Shown: in pieces, positions 43,601 through 57,596 of the stretch | How the letters are laid out: each line of letters opens with the position of its first letter | Position numbering within the stretch: the first letter of the stretch is position 1 | Source of the DNA: Ancylonema sp. | Taxonomy: Eukaryota | Assembly (NCBI GenBank): GCA_050230475.1 | Contig: JBFLGF010000190.1 | Location: 1-64,000, forward strand | Direction: 5' to 3' | DNA length: 64,000 bases | The notes under the pieces: model-generated | Seen by the model: only the letters and a program-made list of their open reading frames with translations | Told to the model about the DNA's origin: nothing | Databases searched by the model: none | Made by a program: the position numbers and the translations under genes

Positions 43601-46600
43601 CTCCTGGGTCGTTGTGTGCTGCTGCTGCTGGCACTGCTGCCGGAGCTGCTGCTAGTACTGCTGCTGCTTCTGCTGCTTCTGCTGCTGACGTTGCAGCTGT
43701 TACTGCTGCTTGTCCTGTCACCCCTCCAGCCTTAGGCTCATCATCCGTGTCGGGGAAGAACAGCTGGAGAAAGTGTCCATCTGCTTTCGCCTCGACCTGG
43801 GGAGCTCTCCCCCCCATGAGTCTCGGGTACCCCGGCACTTCCTCGAAGAAACGGACCGTCTGTTCCGCACCATCACCGGCTCTGAGGCGGGTCGAAGATG
43901 TTGTACCCAGCCTGATCTGCTGCCAGCCCCAATATACACCCCAAAAGCAGTCCTGGCAGCATAACCTTTGTCCCCTTGTTTATTTTTATCATGCCCAACT
44001 AGCAAATATTGATTGCAGCCGAATGTGTGACTTCTTCTGTCCATTTTTATCTGTCGTCCTGTCCACTCCTCAATAGGTATCCCCCCTGTCAATGAACTAG
44101 TGGGGGTCCTGTTCCTTAACCAGTTTGCGTGCATCAGTGCCACATCCCAATACGATTTAGGCAGTTTAGACCACATCAGCAAACACCTCATCTTTTCCAT
44201 CAATGTTCTGTTCAACCTTTCACACATTCCATTCTACTGAGGACTGTAGGGGGCAGTCAGTTCATGTCTGATGCCTTTATCCTCACAATAGCCTCTCCAC
44301 TCTTTACTTGTGTATTCCCCTCCCCCATCTGTCCTGATGGACTTCAACGCCAGTCCTGATTCAACTTCAAGTTTCTGTACAGTGATGCGCGTTTGACTGA
44401 GAGCCTCGCTCTTGTGCCTGAGGAGAGATATTGTTGACAGTCTAGTGTTGGACCTCTATCCCTGTCTGTGCGTATCAAACCCTCCGTGGTTGACTTAACA
44501 CCAAAAGGACCTATCAGATCTAGATGCAACCTCCCCATTTTCGGCATAGTGGCCACATCCATCGCTAGCCATAGCATGCCCCTTCTGTCCCATCTTCCCC
44601 ATACAACAGATCTCACAATCCCTGACTTCAGTCAATTCCTCCTGATTCAGTCTCGGTATATCACCACGTCTGGCCATGTCTGACATGGCTGGTATACCAG
44701 GGTGACCCAGTTTGCCATGCCAGAGCATGCCTATGGACAGATTAGCTTGCAGACCAGAAGAACCAGGCATGATGATAGATGCATGCAGCAACGACAGACC
44801 ATTCCTCTGCCTGCAGACATCAGCCCATTTCAGTCCATTCTTAGTCAGTTTGGGGCCATGTGGTGTCTGGACAAAGCTCAGCCCACCTCTCTGGACGAGG
44901 CAGTCGGTGGACACCAGGGTCGCAGCGAATGTAGGGACGTGCAGAGCAGCGAGAGGGACGACGAAAGAGGAGTCGTCGTTCTTCACTTTCACGTGCACGA
45001 AGCCTGTCCCCTCGACCTTGTGAAGCGTGCCATCAGCCGTGTGGATGAAAGAATACTGCATTGGGACGTTGGTGTCGTACTCGACGAAGTGGTCTCGGTT
45101 TACGAAGACGTGATCGATCGAGCCTGAATCAAGCCACAGATGCGAACAATCAGTTATAACTGCCATCGCAATCCGTGCGTCAGATGAGAATGCTGCATAA
45201 GCTAAGGATTTAGAGGCATCGAAAGGTGTGTCTGGTCTTGCAGCAAGTCTAGCCTGAGCTTGATTACGGAGATTTTCGAATCATGCAGACAATGCCAGAT
45301 CAGATTTACGCTTCAAACATTCTGCCAATGTGTGTCCAAGCTTATCACAGTATCTGCACTTAGGTTTCGGACTGCCACTTCCCAGGCCAGCCGATCTTCC
45401 TCCTCCACCTTGCCGTTGCTGGCCGCATTGCGACAGCCTGTGGCCGGTCTGGTTGCAGCCATGGCACCTCATTGGCGGACGCACGGGGCAATCCGACTTC
45501 AGGTGGCCATACTGGTTGCAACCGTAGCACTGAGTTCTCGTCAGGTCGCGACTTCCGGGAACGCCGATCCCACCTGGTCGACTTGGGCCAGCTCCGGAGC
45601 TGCCCGAGTACCCTCCCCTTCCTACGAAATCGGCCTGCTGCCCTCCCGGCAGCGCCCCTCTCTTCCGGTCGTTGCAGACCTCCCGTCGATCGCCAGCTGA
45701 CAGAGTGTTGACGGCCTGAGGGATCGTGAAGAGTGATGGTGCAGAAACTGCCCAGGACATCACGCTCTCCACTCGTGCGCTGTAGCGAGTGTTCAAGGAA
45801 TTCAGGAAGTTAATCGTCTGCTTTGCCGGCTTGACTGGCTCCCCCAGATGCCCCACCAGCCCAGCCGATCGTGCAGCTCCTGAAGTCGCTTGACGTAATC
45901 GCTCAGCTCCTCCGCCTCTCCCATGATAATTGCCGTGAGCTTAACTTCAGCGTTGGCAATTTCGATGGCTCCCTCAATGTCGTAGAAAGACTTCAGGGCC
46001 TCCCACATCTCTGCAGCAGTCGTGCATTTCCTCACATGCGTCAGCTCCCCCGTCTGGAGGTGTTTGACGAGGCCATCGCGGCGATATTCTTCTTCGACCA
46101 GACCTCTCGAAGGAGAGTCTGTCGACCGATGAGCTGGGTGCGTGTTGTGATCGTTCTAGCGACGTCCGCAGCCTCCAGCGTATCGAGCTCATCCTGCGTG
46201 TGTGGTAGAAACACGACAGGCTCTTCTTGCCTCGGCGATTTTCCCCAATCCATAACTATGTCGTGCAGCTCCTTGTCTGCCAGACCAAACTTAATTTTAA
46301 ATGCCCACCCTTTGTAGTCTGCTCCTGGGAAGACCGGAATGTATGATTTTTCCGTCATGTTAGGCAGCAGCTAAAATTCTTGGTACTCAGCTCCCAGCTG
46401 CTTTCTTGAGCGTGTTTCGTGCAGCGCTACTCACACCTCAGTCACTGGCAGCGCAATCGAAGGATTACGTGCAGTACTTAATAACCTCTACCTCAGAGTG
46501 CCTTTAGCAGCGAATCGCGTGGAATGCCTGTAGTTATTGACACAGCGTCTTTAACTAGACCGCCTGTGGGCCCATAACCTTTTAGGGATGTTACGTGATC

Positions 46601-47320
46601 GGTGTGCAAGGCAGTGTGATTCTTTCCGTACAAGGAACTTACGTCTCTCAGAAATGATCAATGACAAAGTGTTGAGCTGGAAGAATAATCTTGAATGGTC
46701 GGCATCGTATAGGTATACCACGATGCCTCGTCCACAACATGAATCTACAAAGCGTGCCGACGGTCGTGTCTACGAACCGTCGGCCTATCATAACTCAACA
46801 ACAGTCAGATCCTGTCAATGGCACACGCCGGACAGTCTGACAAAACATAATGTCTAGATTCGGAACCATCTAGACCGCACGTGTACAAACGGTACAACCG
46901 AAACGTCATATTCGGGTGCCCGGACATAAGTCCGGCCCCTCATATAAGACACCCTAGGAACCTACCGGTTACACTACCGGTTACACTAGCACGCTCTAGC
47001 AAACATGGCTATCCGATATAATTCCAACAGACGACGTGTTGAAAAACTTGAAGTTTCATCGTCTAGCCTCTGATTTTGGGTTGTACATTCTGGGAGAGGG
47101 GGAGGCTCTGTATGCTCTGTGCTCTCGCGCTGTATGTGGATGACGTCTTTCTTCTATGCATCTTGCTGGAGAATATTTTTGGGGTGAAATGAGGGCTGAA
47201 TGCTAGGTACAACATGAAAGATCTGGGGGAGGCGATATTTTTGCTTGGGTTAGAGATCAGACGGCAGCCAGATGGCGATGTGTTCTTATGCCGGGAAAAA
47301 TATGCCAAAGTGCTACTTTG
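37647..47320 (+). mobile_element. Degenerate Copia F1 (5' LTR 37647-38063, PBS TGGTATTAGAGC 38065-38076), RT split by insertion of C2
   Basis: TG...CA LTR. Gag CFTCGEKCH and CNYCGAIGH. Integrase ERMNRTLQDRARSML. RT KFKARVVAKGF..HQMDITTTFL..LYGLKEAP..WNQH resumes after 47034 with YVDD. Internally deleted, no 3' LTR seen. Confidence 0.9.
40539..47029 (-). mobile_element. Full-length Copia C2 with TSD GACGA (5' LTR 46580-47029, 3' LTR 40539-40995)
   Basis: GACGA at 40534-40538 and 47030-47034. PBS 46566-46579. Complete but frameshifted gag-PR-INT-RT-RH (46358 to ~41670). Confidence 0.96.
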
Positions 47321-48416
47321 TCTTTAATTAGGATTTGGGTTCTTACCACTGCTCAAACCTGGAGCAAACGCTCCTCCCAGCGCACCTCTAAGCACCGTAC
47401 GCCGTATCCGAGACAACACTGCACGCACAAGCCTATGGAGAGGCACGCCCACACACTAAGGAAAAGCTAAACTATATCAAACTCCTGCTCCCAAGCCCAT
47501 GTGGCATCACTCCCCACAACTTCATAGTGACGAACACTAGCAAGCTTCCAGAAAAAATGCACATGGAGTGCGTAGAAAGTATACGCAAGGGCCAGGATGA
47601 ATATGATACTGCAAAAACGGTACTGAACTCATGTTAGTTTTGGGTAAAGGTTCCGTTTTAAAAAAAAGGTTTAAATCCATTTTTCAATACATTTTTCAAT
47701 CAGGTAGGTTTTATGCTTATTTGAAGGTATATATAGAGATACATAAAATATGTATACACAAAATTCGGAGATATATACGCGGAGATAAATAAATGCGGAG
47801 ATATATACGATTTTGTTCAAAACCGACTATTTGCAGAGTGAGGGTGGAACCCACACCACGCTGGACCCACACGTTAGACACCATTAGTCACGAGAAGACT
47901 TGAAAAAAAAAAAAAAAAAAAAATTACACGGGCAAAGATGGCATGCGAAGTCTAAGGTGTTGAAAAAGACCCGAATACTTGTCGGGTGATATTCTCAAAA
48001 TGTACATTATCTTCGTGGTCTTGGAACCTTTACAAAAATTGAAAAAACTATATGGCTCCGCTCCGATCGGAAACGTTTTTGCCCCGGTCCGCCCGGGGTG
48101 GAAAGCGGGGAGGAATTTGCATAACACCCGCGGAGGGGGGGGAGGTAACAGAGCCATACCCTCTTCCAATCGCAACGTCCTAGCATGGATTGCATGTGCT
48201 AGATTTATAGGGATCTTCATCATATTGGCAAATCTCATGGAAAGTATGGTTAATATTGATAACTTGTGATTTTTCGATGCGACAATTGTGATTCACGTTA
48301 TTTTTCAACCCAAAAACGACAATATTAAGGTTTACCCCTGCATAAAATTGTAACCTTCTCAATGAGGCCCTAACAACTATCGCTGAAATTGTTAGGGCCT
48401 CCAAATCCGACCATGC

Positions 48417-48932
48417 GTGCGAAGCTCAGGCTGCGTTCCTCTGTGGTGGAAAGCAAGAAGACTAAATGGCAAACCTCCCTGGCCACAAATACTAAGTAAG
48501 CATCGGCCATTAGCGTCACCATCAGCCATCAGTCATCAGACATCAGCGATGGCTAACCTTGCCGCAGTGCCAGTCGCACATGTGGATTTCTTTACGCATG
48601 ACTATCACGGTCGACTCACTTCATATCTCAGAGATTACAGGGAACCGTCGGCCACCATCAACGCCAATCTTCGGGCCTATAGAGTAAGTACCACATACCT
48701 AATTTGTCAACTTCGTGTGCAGTTACAGTGGGGTGCGGATCACCCCTCGGCGGACGACAACTCGCAGTTGAGCCCAGATATAATCACGTTGAAAGATGGT
48801 ATGGAGAGCGTCCTTCGGGCCACCGAGGACATGCTCACTCGCGAGGATGCTGTTCTGCGGAATAGAGTGCAAGATATCAAAACTGAAGTGGCACATCTGG
48901 TTGAGTTATCTCAACAAGAAATAGGGCTCTAG
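48417..48932 (+). other. Unassigned ORF (about 128 aa from ATG ~48549), possibly part of a degraded gene or TE; followed by a GAACCT-rich low-complexity region 49380-49900
   Basis: Open frame with plausible composition and possible GT/AG sites downstream. No recognisable motif. Confidence 0.25.
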
Positions 48933-51196
48933 ATTCCGCAGCTCAACAAGAGGTACGGTGTGAACCTCAACACCGTTACCCCCCCCCCCCCCCCCCTCCC
49001 TTCCCCTGCGCGCGCGAGTGTTATTGTCGTCCTTGGAATCACGGGTTGTTGCTCGGATGTTTTATTGTGGGGTCTGTTTTCCTTGATCTGTTCCTGTAGG
49101 CTGCCCGATTTTTGATATTTTTGTACTCGGAAAGGGTTTCCGTCGTATTTTATTTATAATATGACCACCTGTCCATTGACACCATTTTAGACTACTTGCG
49201 TCCCCCGCGTTCTAGTTCAATCTATGATTCTTTCTTTTCATGCAGAGGACAAGTTTATTTCTGAAAATCAAAGAGACAATTCGGAAGGTGGCGGTGGAGG
49301 TAGAAGAATCCAACAGTATGAGAAGGGTGCTCGTCACTGATTTCCAACCAATCGCGAGAATATTTACTCTGGTACGTTCTGGAAACTGAACCTGAATCCG
49401 AATTTCCACCCAGCTGATAAATTCTGAGTGAACCAAATAATGAATCAAGAGATTGTGAAAACACATTGGAAAAGTTTGGAACGTGAAGCACAACCCAAAC
49501 CTAACCAATGAACATAATAGCAACTGTGCATGTAAAGACAATAGGTAGGTCCGGAAACTGAACTCGAACCGGAACCTGGACCTGAACCTGAACCTAAACC
49601 TCAACCCGAACGTGAACCTGAGTGATGAAGTTATTAGTGAATCCCCCGAGCACGTAAACACAATAGGAAAGTCTGGAAGCTGAAACCTGAACTTGAACCT
49701 GATTATAAGTACTAAACTAAATACTAATCCAACTAAGCGGGTAAGCACAATTTATAAATCTGGAATCTAAATGTTAGACCGAAACCAGAACCTGAGTGCG
49801 GGCGTGAATGTTTAACGGAGTAGTGCATCAACTGTTCGTGTAAACATAGAAGAAATCCGGATGACCTGCTAGACCCGAACGTGAACCCGACTAGTGAAAG
49901 AAGTGCTGAACCAACTAAGCTTGTTTTCGGTGCTTGGTGTGAGTGCTTTCTTCTGCCATCGATGCAATAATAAAGCACAACTCTCTCAAACAACTCTTGT
50001 ATCGACAAATCACGACATTACAAGCGTAGACACAATAAAAAAGCAAGCTTGAAGTAGAAAGTCTGATTACAGAATTTTGCGTGCAGGTCCACACCTAGTA
50101 CAAAGTGTGATCGATCGAATGTCTGAGTCAAATTATCGACACTACTCTAGTCAACACCAATCAGAACTGAGCATTGTGCCACATCAGCTAATCTCATCGA
50201 CACTTATACTCGCTGGCCAGAACTTGTCGACACAATCATTAGTTGCAAGTTCGGCCGGCATTTGCTAAATAACAAAAAAAAAATACAGCTAAAATGAAGA
50301 GATCTCATAAATCGATATAACAACAAAAGTTCACAGCCCCTAAAAACTAACACCCCCTCCCTGGGTTCTGTTGTTTCCCCCTCCAAAAACGATAACACTT
50401 GTATCGATTTTTCACAAAACCATCACAAAATTGCAAGTCAACTCTCAGGAACGAAACCCACCAAAACGTTTTTTTTCTTCAACACTTTTACGGACAGAGG
50501 CTTGGTCAACATGTCATGTGCTTGGTCTATTCTCCTCACAAGCTGAAACTTTATCTTTTTCTTTCCCACCTCTTTCCCTGATAAAATGAAAATGATCTCA
50601 ATATGTTTGGAACGCTTGTGGAACAGTGGATTCTCTGCAAGTTTAATGGACCCTTGATTATCCATCATTATCACCTAGGAGAAGAACTCCATCCACCCCA
50701 CCAACACCCAACTCCCTCTGCATCTGGCTGAGATAGAGTGCCTCATTGCTTGCAGCACTTAGTGCCAAATATTCACTTTCACACCTCGAATGAGTCACTG
50801 TCTCAGGAAGACTGCTTTTCGAGTTGACACTCAAAAATACATAGCCAACCCTGCCATTTTTGGTGTCCACATCATCACCATGACTCGCAGTAGAACACCC
50901 CACAACTTGCAAGTCCCCACCTCTCTAGTACATCACCCCCAACGTGATTGACCCCTTTAAATATCTCAGAACCCTCTTGACCCCCTCCTAATGTTGCTCC
51001 CCTGGATTCCCACTGTACCGACATAGGGAGTTGACAGCAGCTGCCAGATGTGGGCGAGTGCTTGAAGTCAAGTAAAGCAAGCTGCCCATCGCAGACTTAT
51101 AACCAACCCTTTCTAAGCCCCCGGCCTTATTTTGATCCCCAGAATTTACAGATAACTTGACTGATAATTCAAAAGGATCGGCAGCAGAGTTGCACT

Positions 51197-54100
51197 TGTA
51201 GGAATTGTATCGGATAGCCATGCTTGCTAGTGTGCTAGTCCGCGCTACCGGTTAGTGTATCCGGTAGGATTCCTAGGGTGTGCTTGTATTGAGGGGCCGG
51301 ACTTGTGTCCGGGCACCCGAACATGACGTTTCGATTGTGTTGTTAAGGGCACGTGTGGTCTAGATGGTTCCCGCATCTAGTCGTTATGTCTTGTCAGACT
51401 GTCCGGCATGTGCCATTAACATGATCTGACTGTTGTTGAGTTTTGATAAGCCGACGGTCAGTAGATTCGACCGTCGGCGCACTTGTGATTCTCGATCTGT
51501 ACGAGGCATCGTGGTATTACCTACTCGATGCCGACCAATTAACATTAACATTCCAACACAATACTCTGAAAGACACTCTGATACTCACAGAATACTCAGA
51601 GATACTCTGATAGCTATGAAAGACGTAGTCCCTTGTACAAAAAGTTCATCAGACAATCTCGCACACTAATCACGTATCAACGCCAAAAAGTTATGGGCCC
51701 ACTGGCAGTCTAGTTAAAAGACGCAGTGTTAATAACTACAGGCTTCCACGATCTACTACGGGAATACTTTGAGCTGTGAGTTGCGTTGCAAAACACGCTG
51801 AAAAATACTGTCAATAAGCCTAACAGCCGCTACCTGCAATGACGGAAAAATTGTATATTCCGGTCTTGAGAGAAGCAGACTACAAGGGTTGGGCCTTCAA
51901 AGTGAAGTTCGGCCTAACTTACAAAGAGCCGTATGAGGTTGTCATGGATTGGGGTGAATCCCCCGAGCAACCAAAACCTGATGTGTCTCCACCACTCACA
52001 CAAAACGAGCTCGATGACCTGGATGCTGCGGACGTCGCTCGTACGATCACGGCACGCACCCAACTCATCGGTCGAAAGACCCTGGTCAGAGAGGCCTGGT
52101 CGAAGAAGAATATCGTTGCGAGGGTCTACATTGTCAAACACCTCTACCTCTAGACGGGGAGCTGACGCATGTGAGAAATTGTGAGACTGCAGCGAATATG
52201 TGGGATGCCCTGAAAGCCTTCTACGACATTCAAGGAGCAATCGAGATCTCCAACATTGAAGCTGAGCTCACGGCGATCATCATGGGCGAAGGGGAGGATC
52301 TAAGCGACTACAGGACGCGACTTCAGGAGCTGCATGATTGTCTGGGGTATTGTCTACGATATCTCTTCTCAAGCATAAGAGCGATGCTCTTAGTCAAACG
52401 CGCAACACTGTACATAAACCAGATTTTGAATCAAGACTGCCGTTGAAGTCGACCAGGACTGATGGGGGGGGAGAATATACAAGCGAAGAGTGGAAGGTTT
52501 AATGTGAGGAGAAAGGCATCAAGCATGAACTGAGTGCCCACAGCAAAACGGCATATGTGAACGACTGAACCGTACATTGATGGAGAAGATGAGATGTTTG
52601 CTCATGTGGTAAAAACTGCCTAAGTCATACTGGAATGTGGCATTAATGCATGCAAACTGGCTAAGAAACAGGAGCCCTAGGAGTTCCTTGACCGAGGATA
52701 ACCCTATTGAGAAGTGGACTAGACGGAAAATCAAACTAGACAGGAGTCACACATTCGGTTGCCTCGTGCAGTAATTGAAAGTAGGTCATGATAAGAACAG
52801 ACAGGGGGACAAGTATGTTGCCAGGACTTCTTTTAGGGTGTTCATTGGGATGGCAGCAGATCACGCTGGCTACAACATCTTCGACCCGCTCAGAGGAGGG
52901 GTGATGGTGAGGACAGACGTCCGATTCTTCGAGGAAGTGCCGGGGTACTCGAGAATCATGGGGTTAAGAGCTCCCAAGGTCGAGGCCAAGGCAGATGGAC
53001 ACTTTTTCCAGCTATTCCCCGGCACGGATGATGAGCCGAAGGCTGGAGGAGCGCCAGGACAAGCTCTAGTGCCAGCAGAGGTGCCCGCAGCAGCGCCATC
53101 AGCTGCAGCCCACAACAACCCAGGCGCCCAAGCCCCAGCACTTCAGTTTCTGTCACCACCAGCTGCTGAGGTCCCCATCGATGTGATTGAGCTGTCCGAC
53201 AGCTACTCGGGGCTCAAGAATGCGGTGGCAACAATGCGGCGGCAACAATGCGGCGGGGGAGGCGAGAGGAGGAAGTCCAAGGAGGGGGTAGAGGGGGTGC
53301 GAACCCGGGGGTGAATGATGGGAGCATAACTGAGAGTGTGATGGCGAGGAGGAAGGCGAACTTTGCCCATTTTGGGGATGTCCTCTGATATGATGGGGAG
53401 GAGGTCGACGACGAGGCGGTGGAAGCAGCTATTGAGGACGAGGAAGGGGAGAAAACCTACTAAGAAGCAGGTTCACAGGCTTCAACGGCCCCTCTGACCC
53501 TAGATTCTGCATGGTGGACATGTCTGCTGACTCTGCCGACCCCTTGACGCTGAGCCAAGCCATGAAGAGGCCACACTAGGACCCGTGGTTAGCTGCTATC
53601 AAAGAGGAGCTGAAGAGCTTGGGGGAATTCAACACCTTCGAGGTGTGTGAACTTCCGCCAGGTAAAAGGGTTGTGGGGTGTAAATATGTATTCAAATTCA
53701 AGTACACACCCATGGGAGCCCTTAAAAGATATAAAGCCAGACTGCTCGCTCTCAGGGTTTCCTACAACAAGAAGGAGTGGACTATAATGAAATATTCGCA
53801 CCTGTAGTAAATACTACCTCTATTTGTCTTCTACTAGCTATTGCGAATCAGGAGGGTTGGGAAATTGAACAAATGGACGTGGTGAATGCCTTCTTGAACG
53901 GAAGTCTGACTAAGGAGGTGTACATGAAGATTCCACCGTTTATGGAAACTGAGGGGAAAGTTTTGAGAATGAGCGGGGCACTATACGGACTGAAACAGAG
54001 TAGCAAGGTCTGGGGTGAGACAACCTTCATGCTTCTACAACGTTCATGCTCAGTATAGGGTTCAAACAGTGCGTCATGGACACATGCATCTACACCAGGG

Positions 54101-56601
54101 GGAAAGGACAGTCACGCATCATAGCGGGTATCCATGTAGATGATCAGGTGATAGTTGGTCTAGACCCCATGATCATCAAAGCATTCAAACAGGAACTGTC
54201 GGGAAAGTTTGAGATGAAGGATCTTGGGGCCCTAACCCATATCGTGGGAGTGGAAGTTAAAAGGGACAGATTGAGGGGGTTGCTTATATTGCATCTGGGA
54301 GGGTTCATGAGACAGGTTCTGGAACGTTTTGGGATGAAAAATTGCAACCCTACCAACTACCCTTACCACTTGGGCTGACATTTCACCAAGAAGATGAACC
54401 TCTAATCCCCCCTTCACCTGAACAGATCACTGAATTCGGAGGGGAAATTGGGTCACTCATTTATGCAATGAAACACACCAGACCGGACATTGCGCATGCA
54501 CTGGGGGTACAAGCAAAACCCATGGGAATCCTGGGATTGCTCATATCAAGGCCTTACACCAACTGTTATATATTTGAAGGTATAGTGGATCATGGACTGT
54601 GCTACGTGAGGCAGAAGAAGCTTGAGATAAGGTGTTAGGACTGCCCCTCTATAGCCACTAGTGTGTCTCTAGAGTGTGCCTCCTACACCATGCTACTAGC
54701 CCTAGAGTGCTAGTAGCGACTTTGTCCTAATATCGAGTTCTGCCCCTTTATAGTGAGATATCTACTTCTAGCGACTTTGTCCCTGTAACGAGTGTTTGCC
54801 CTTAGCTTTCCAATTTACTCTTATATCGAGTTCTAGCTATCCCACTTGTAGTCTTGATTCAGACTTGAGCCGGTTTCCTATATATAGTCCATAGGAATGC
54901 CGTTAGAGCATTCCTATCAACTCATGTACTTGCACGCATTCCGAGTTGTCATTATATCAACATAAACATTCCATCCGGCTCATGCCATCTTGCCCTACCC
55001 GGCATTTCGCCATCTCCTTGCTTGTGTGCATTTCGCAACTTGCTTTCCGCCCCTAACAAATATGGGTCTTGGTTCATTGCTAGGGACGCCTTTGCATCCG
55101 CCCCTAACATAAGGGGTAGTACTAGTTGGAACAGCTGCAGTATGACTGGGAAGTCGGTCACAGGGTGGGTCACTACTGTTGGGGGGACTGCACTGAGTTG
55201 GAAGTCACAGAAACAGTCTACAGTTGCACAGAGTACAGTAGAGGCTGAGTATATTGCTGCCTGTAGTATGTCTAAGGAACGCTGTTATCTGAAGTCGCAC
55301 CTGCATGAGCTCAAACTCCCAAATGATATTACAATTTACAACGACTCGACTATCGCACTCTCAATGATCCAGAACCTAGTCCACCGCCACAAGGCAACGC
55401 ATTTCAGCGTGATGTACCACTGGGTATGTGTATCTGGTAGGGGCCAATCAACCAGCCGATATGTTCACTAAAGCTCTTCCCTAGGTCTTACTTGACAGAC
55501 ACGGAAAGTCTATGGGTTTTGGGAGGGTTCACTAAAGTGGGGGAGCACACTAGGTTCTAGGGGTCTCGGCTGCCATGCGATGTTTGGGAGGGGGTGTGTG
55601 TTCTGTTTTCTTCTTGCATAATGCACCTGGAGGGTTTTCAATGCTCGTCTATCCACCCTTTTTCTGCCTTGAAAACACTTACACCTGAAAAGTTGCAGAT
55701 CTGTCCAGATTTAGAGTTGTCAGTTGCTTCCGAATTCTGACAGATGTGTTGACATCAACGTTATGCATATTGTGTGAAAAATTTCAGTTTTTTTGGTGAA
55801 GTTTTTATAAAGTTTATGATGTTTTTAGTATTTCAGGTTATTCGGAGAGATCTGCAGAAAGTTTTTTGTCATTTTTGTATTGCCCTAACTTGTGGTGTTT
55901 GTTTGTTTTTTGAGGGCTTCGGCCCGAAAAACGACTGAGGAGCGAGAGCGATCGGCTTCAAGAGTTCCGATCGGTTGTGTTTTTAGATAGGGCCCCCCCC
56001 CCCAGCACGCTTTCATGTTTGGGAAGACTTACTGCCTCATGGGCCGTGCAATATTTTTTTCATGACTTAGCTGTAACTAGGGTACTCTTTCGGATGCTGA
56101 CATCAATTCCAACCTTGGCATGGCATCCGAGGGGGTGTGTAGGAAATATATCGGATAGCCATGCTTACTAGTGTGCTAATCCGGGCTACCGGTTAGTGTA
56201 ACCGGTAGGATTCCTAGGGTGTGCTTGTATTGAAAGGCCGAACTTGTGTCCGGGCACCCGAACATGACGTTTCGATTGTGCCGTTTAGGGCACGTTTGGT
56301 CTAAATGGCTCCGCATCTAGACGTTATGTCTTGTCAGACTGTCCGGCATGTGCCGCTCACATAATCTGACTGCTGTTGAGTTTTGATAGGCCGACGGTCA
56401 GTAGATCCGACCGTCGGCACACTTTGTGATTCTCGTGTGTCTCGATGTGTACGAGGCATCGTGGTATATTACCTACCCGATGCCGACCATTCAATATTGT
56501 CATTCCAACACAATATTGTCATTGATCAGTTCTGAGAGACGTAGTCCCTTGTACGGAAAATTCATCACACAGTCTCGCACACCAATCACGTATAAACGCT
56601 A
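51197..56601 (+). mobile_element. Copia D (half-tRNA PBS clade), internally deleted; LTRs ~51197-51689 and ~56138-56601
   Basis: Gag MTEKLYIPV (51839). Deletion of late gag to early INT at ~52350. RT and RH remnants. Imperfect TSD GCACT/GTACC. Confidence 0.92.
54633..55109 (+). mobile_element. Solo LTR (family G), 477 bp, TSD TAAGG, inserted at the start of RNase H of D
   Basis: TGTTAGG...CCTAACA termini. TAAGG at 54628-54632 and 55110-55114. Confidence 0.92.
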
Positions 56602-57113
56602 GTACCCTCTAAGCCTGTAGCCTCGTCCACGTCTCCCATATTAGCAGAAAACTTCACTCCAATCTCCAGAGGTGTGGCTCCTGAGTTGCAATCCTCCAAG
56701 CCAAAATTACCTTCTACGATTACTACCACTAATCAAACGTGTGTTTGGTTCTTGTGAACAGGTCTTGGCTACTTTGGTGGTTGTTGTCGGAAAGGATTTC
56801 TTCTATGGGAAGATTCGGGCTCAGTTGAAGAACATGCGCTTCAAAATGATTATTTCTGCCTTCTTCGTGGCTCGCCTACGTAAAAATCACTTCAAGCATG
56901 TCGGGTCGATATGCGTTTGTATGCGTGCACATGTTTTTTTTTTTGTTTTTTTCCCCCCTCCCTTTTAATATCAGCATTGAGTTAACCTTGGAACTGGTGC
57001 TGTTCTGTGCGCAAGTGGATTTTGAGGCGACCCTCACAGCAGACGTGTTTTCAAGTTTGTCGGTTTCCTTCAAGTCTGTGGTTTTTGCCTTCTTCAACGA
57101 TATCTGTGTCCAG

Positions 57114-57596
57114 TGTTAGGAATTGTTCGGATAGGCGCCTACTTGACTTGATTGCCTAGTCCGGAATAATTGCCTAAGTCGGAATAATTGCCTACGTCTT
57201 TTGTTGCACGGTGCCGGGTACACCGCACCCGGGCATCCGTCCGTCTTTGCTCGGGTCCACAATTGTACGGCGGGTCAGTATCTAGTTGTCGTTAGATATG
57301 TCAGAACGACTCTAGGGCGGTGTCATCAATCCATCCAGTTTAGTCCGGCAAGTTGCCGTGGATCTTTGATGTGACGCTAGTTTGTGATTGGCCAACGGTC
57401 GGAGTTCCGACCGTCGGCTACAGAAAAGTGTCCGAGCTGATTTGTCCGTTGTACAATCGTCGGGATACTTTACTCCCAACGATGACACTCTTACAATAAC
57501 TGTTCCACAAGCAAATCTCCTGTCGTACGGAAAAGCATCTTTGCGTTGTAGCCTGATTCTGAGTGTCGAGTGCAATTGGCTGACCGAACGCTGAAA
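57114..57596 (+). mobile_element. Solo LTR related to the half-tRNA PBS Copia clade, TSD TCCAG
   Basis: Starts TGTTAGGAATTGTTCGGATAG and has the family hairpin at 57391-57418. TCCAG at 57109-57113 and 57597-57601. Confidence 0.88.

Larger units (their letters stand above)
49938..56760 (-). mobile_element. 3' part of Copia E (same family as F1): RT/RNase H, PPT, 3' LTR 49938-50352; split by element D
   Basis: LTR matches 37647-38063. PPT GGGAGGGGG. YKSAMGSLLYL..TRP, CESEYLAL, DNQGSIKLAENPLFHKRSKHI, DMLTKPL. The host frame YRLRG|CNSA rejoins across D. Confidence 0.9.
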
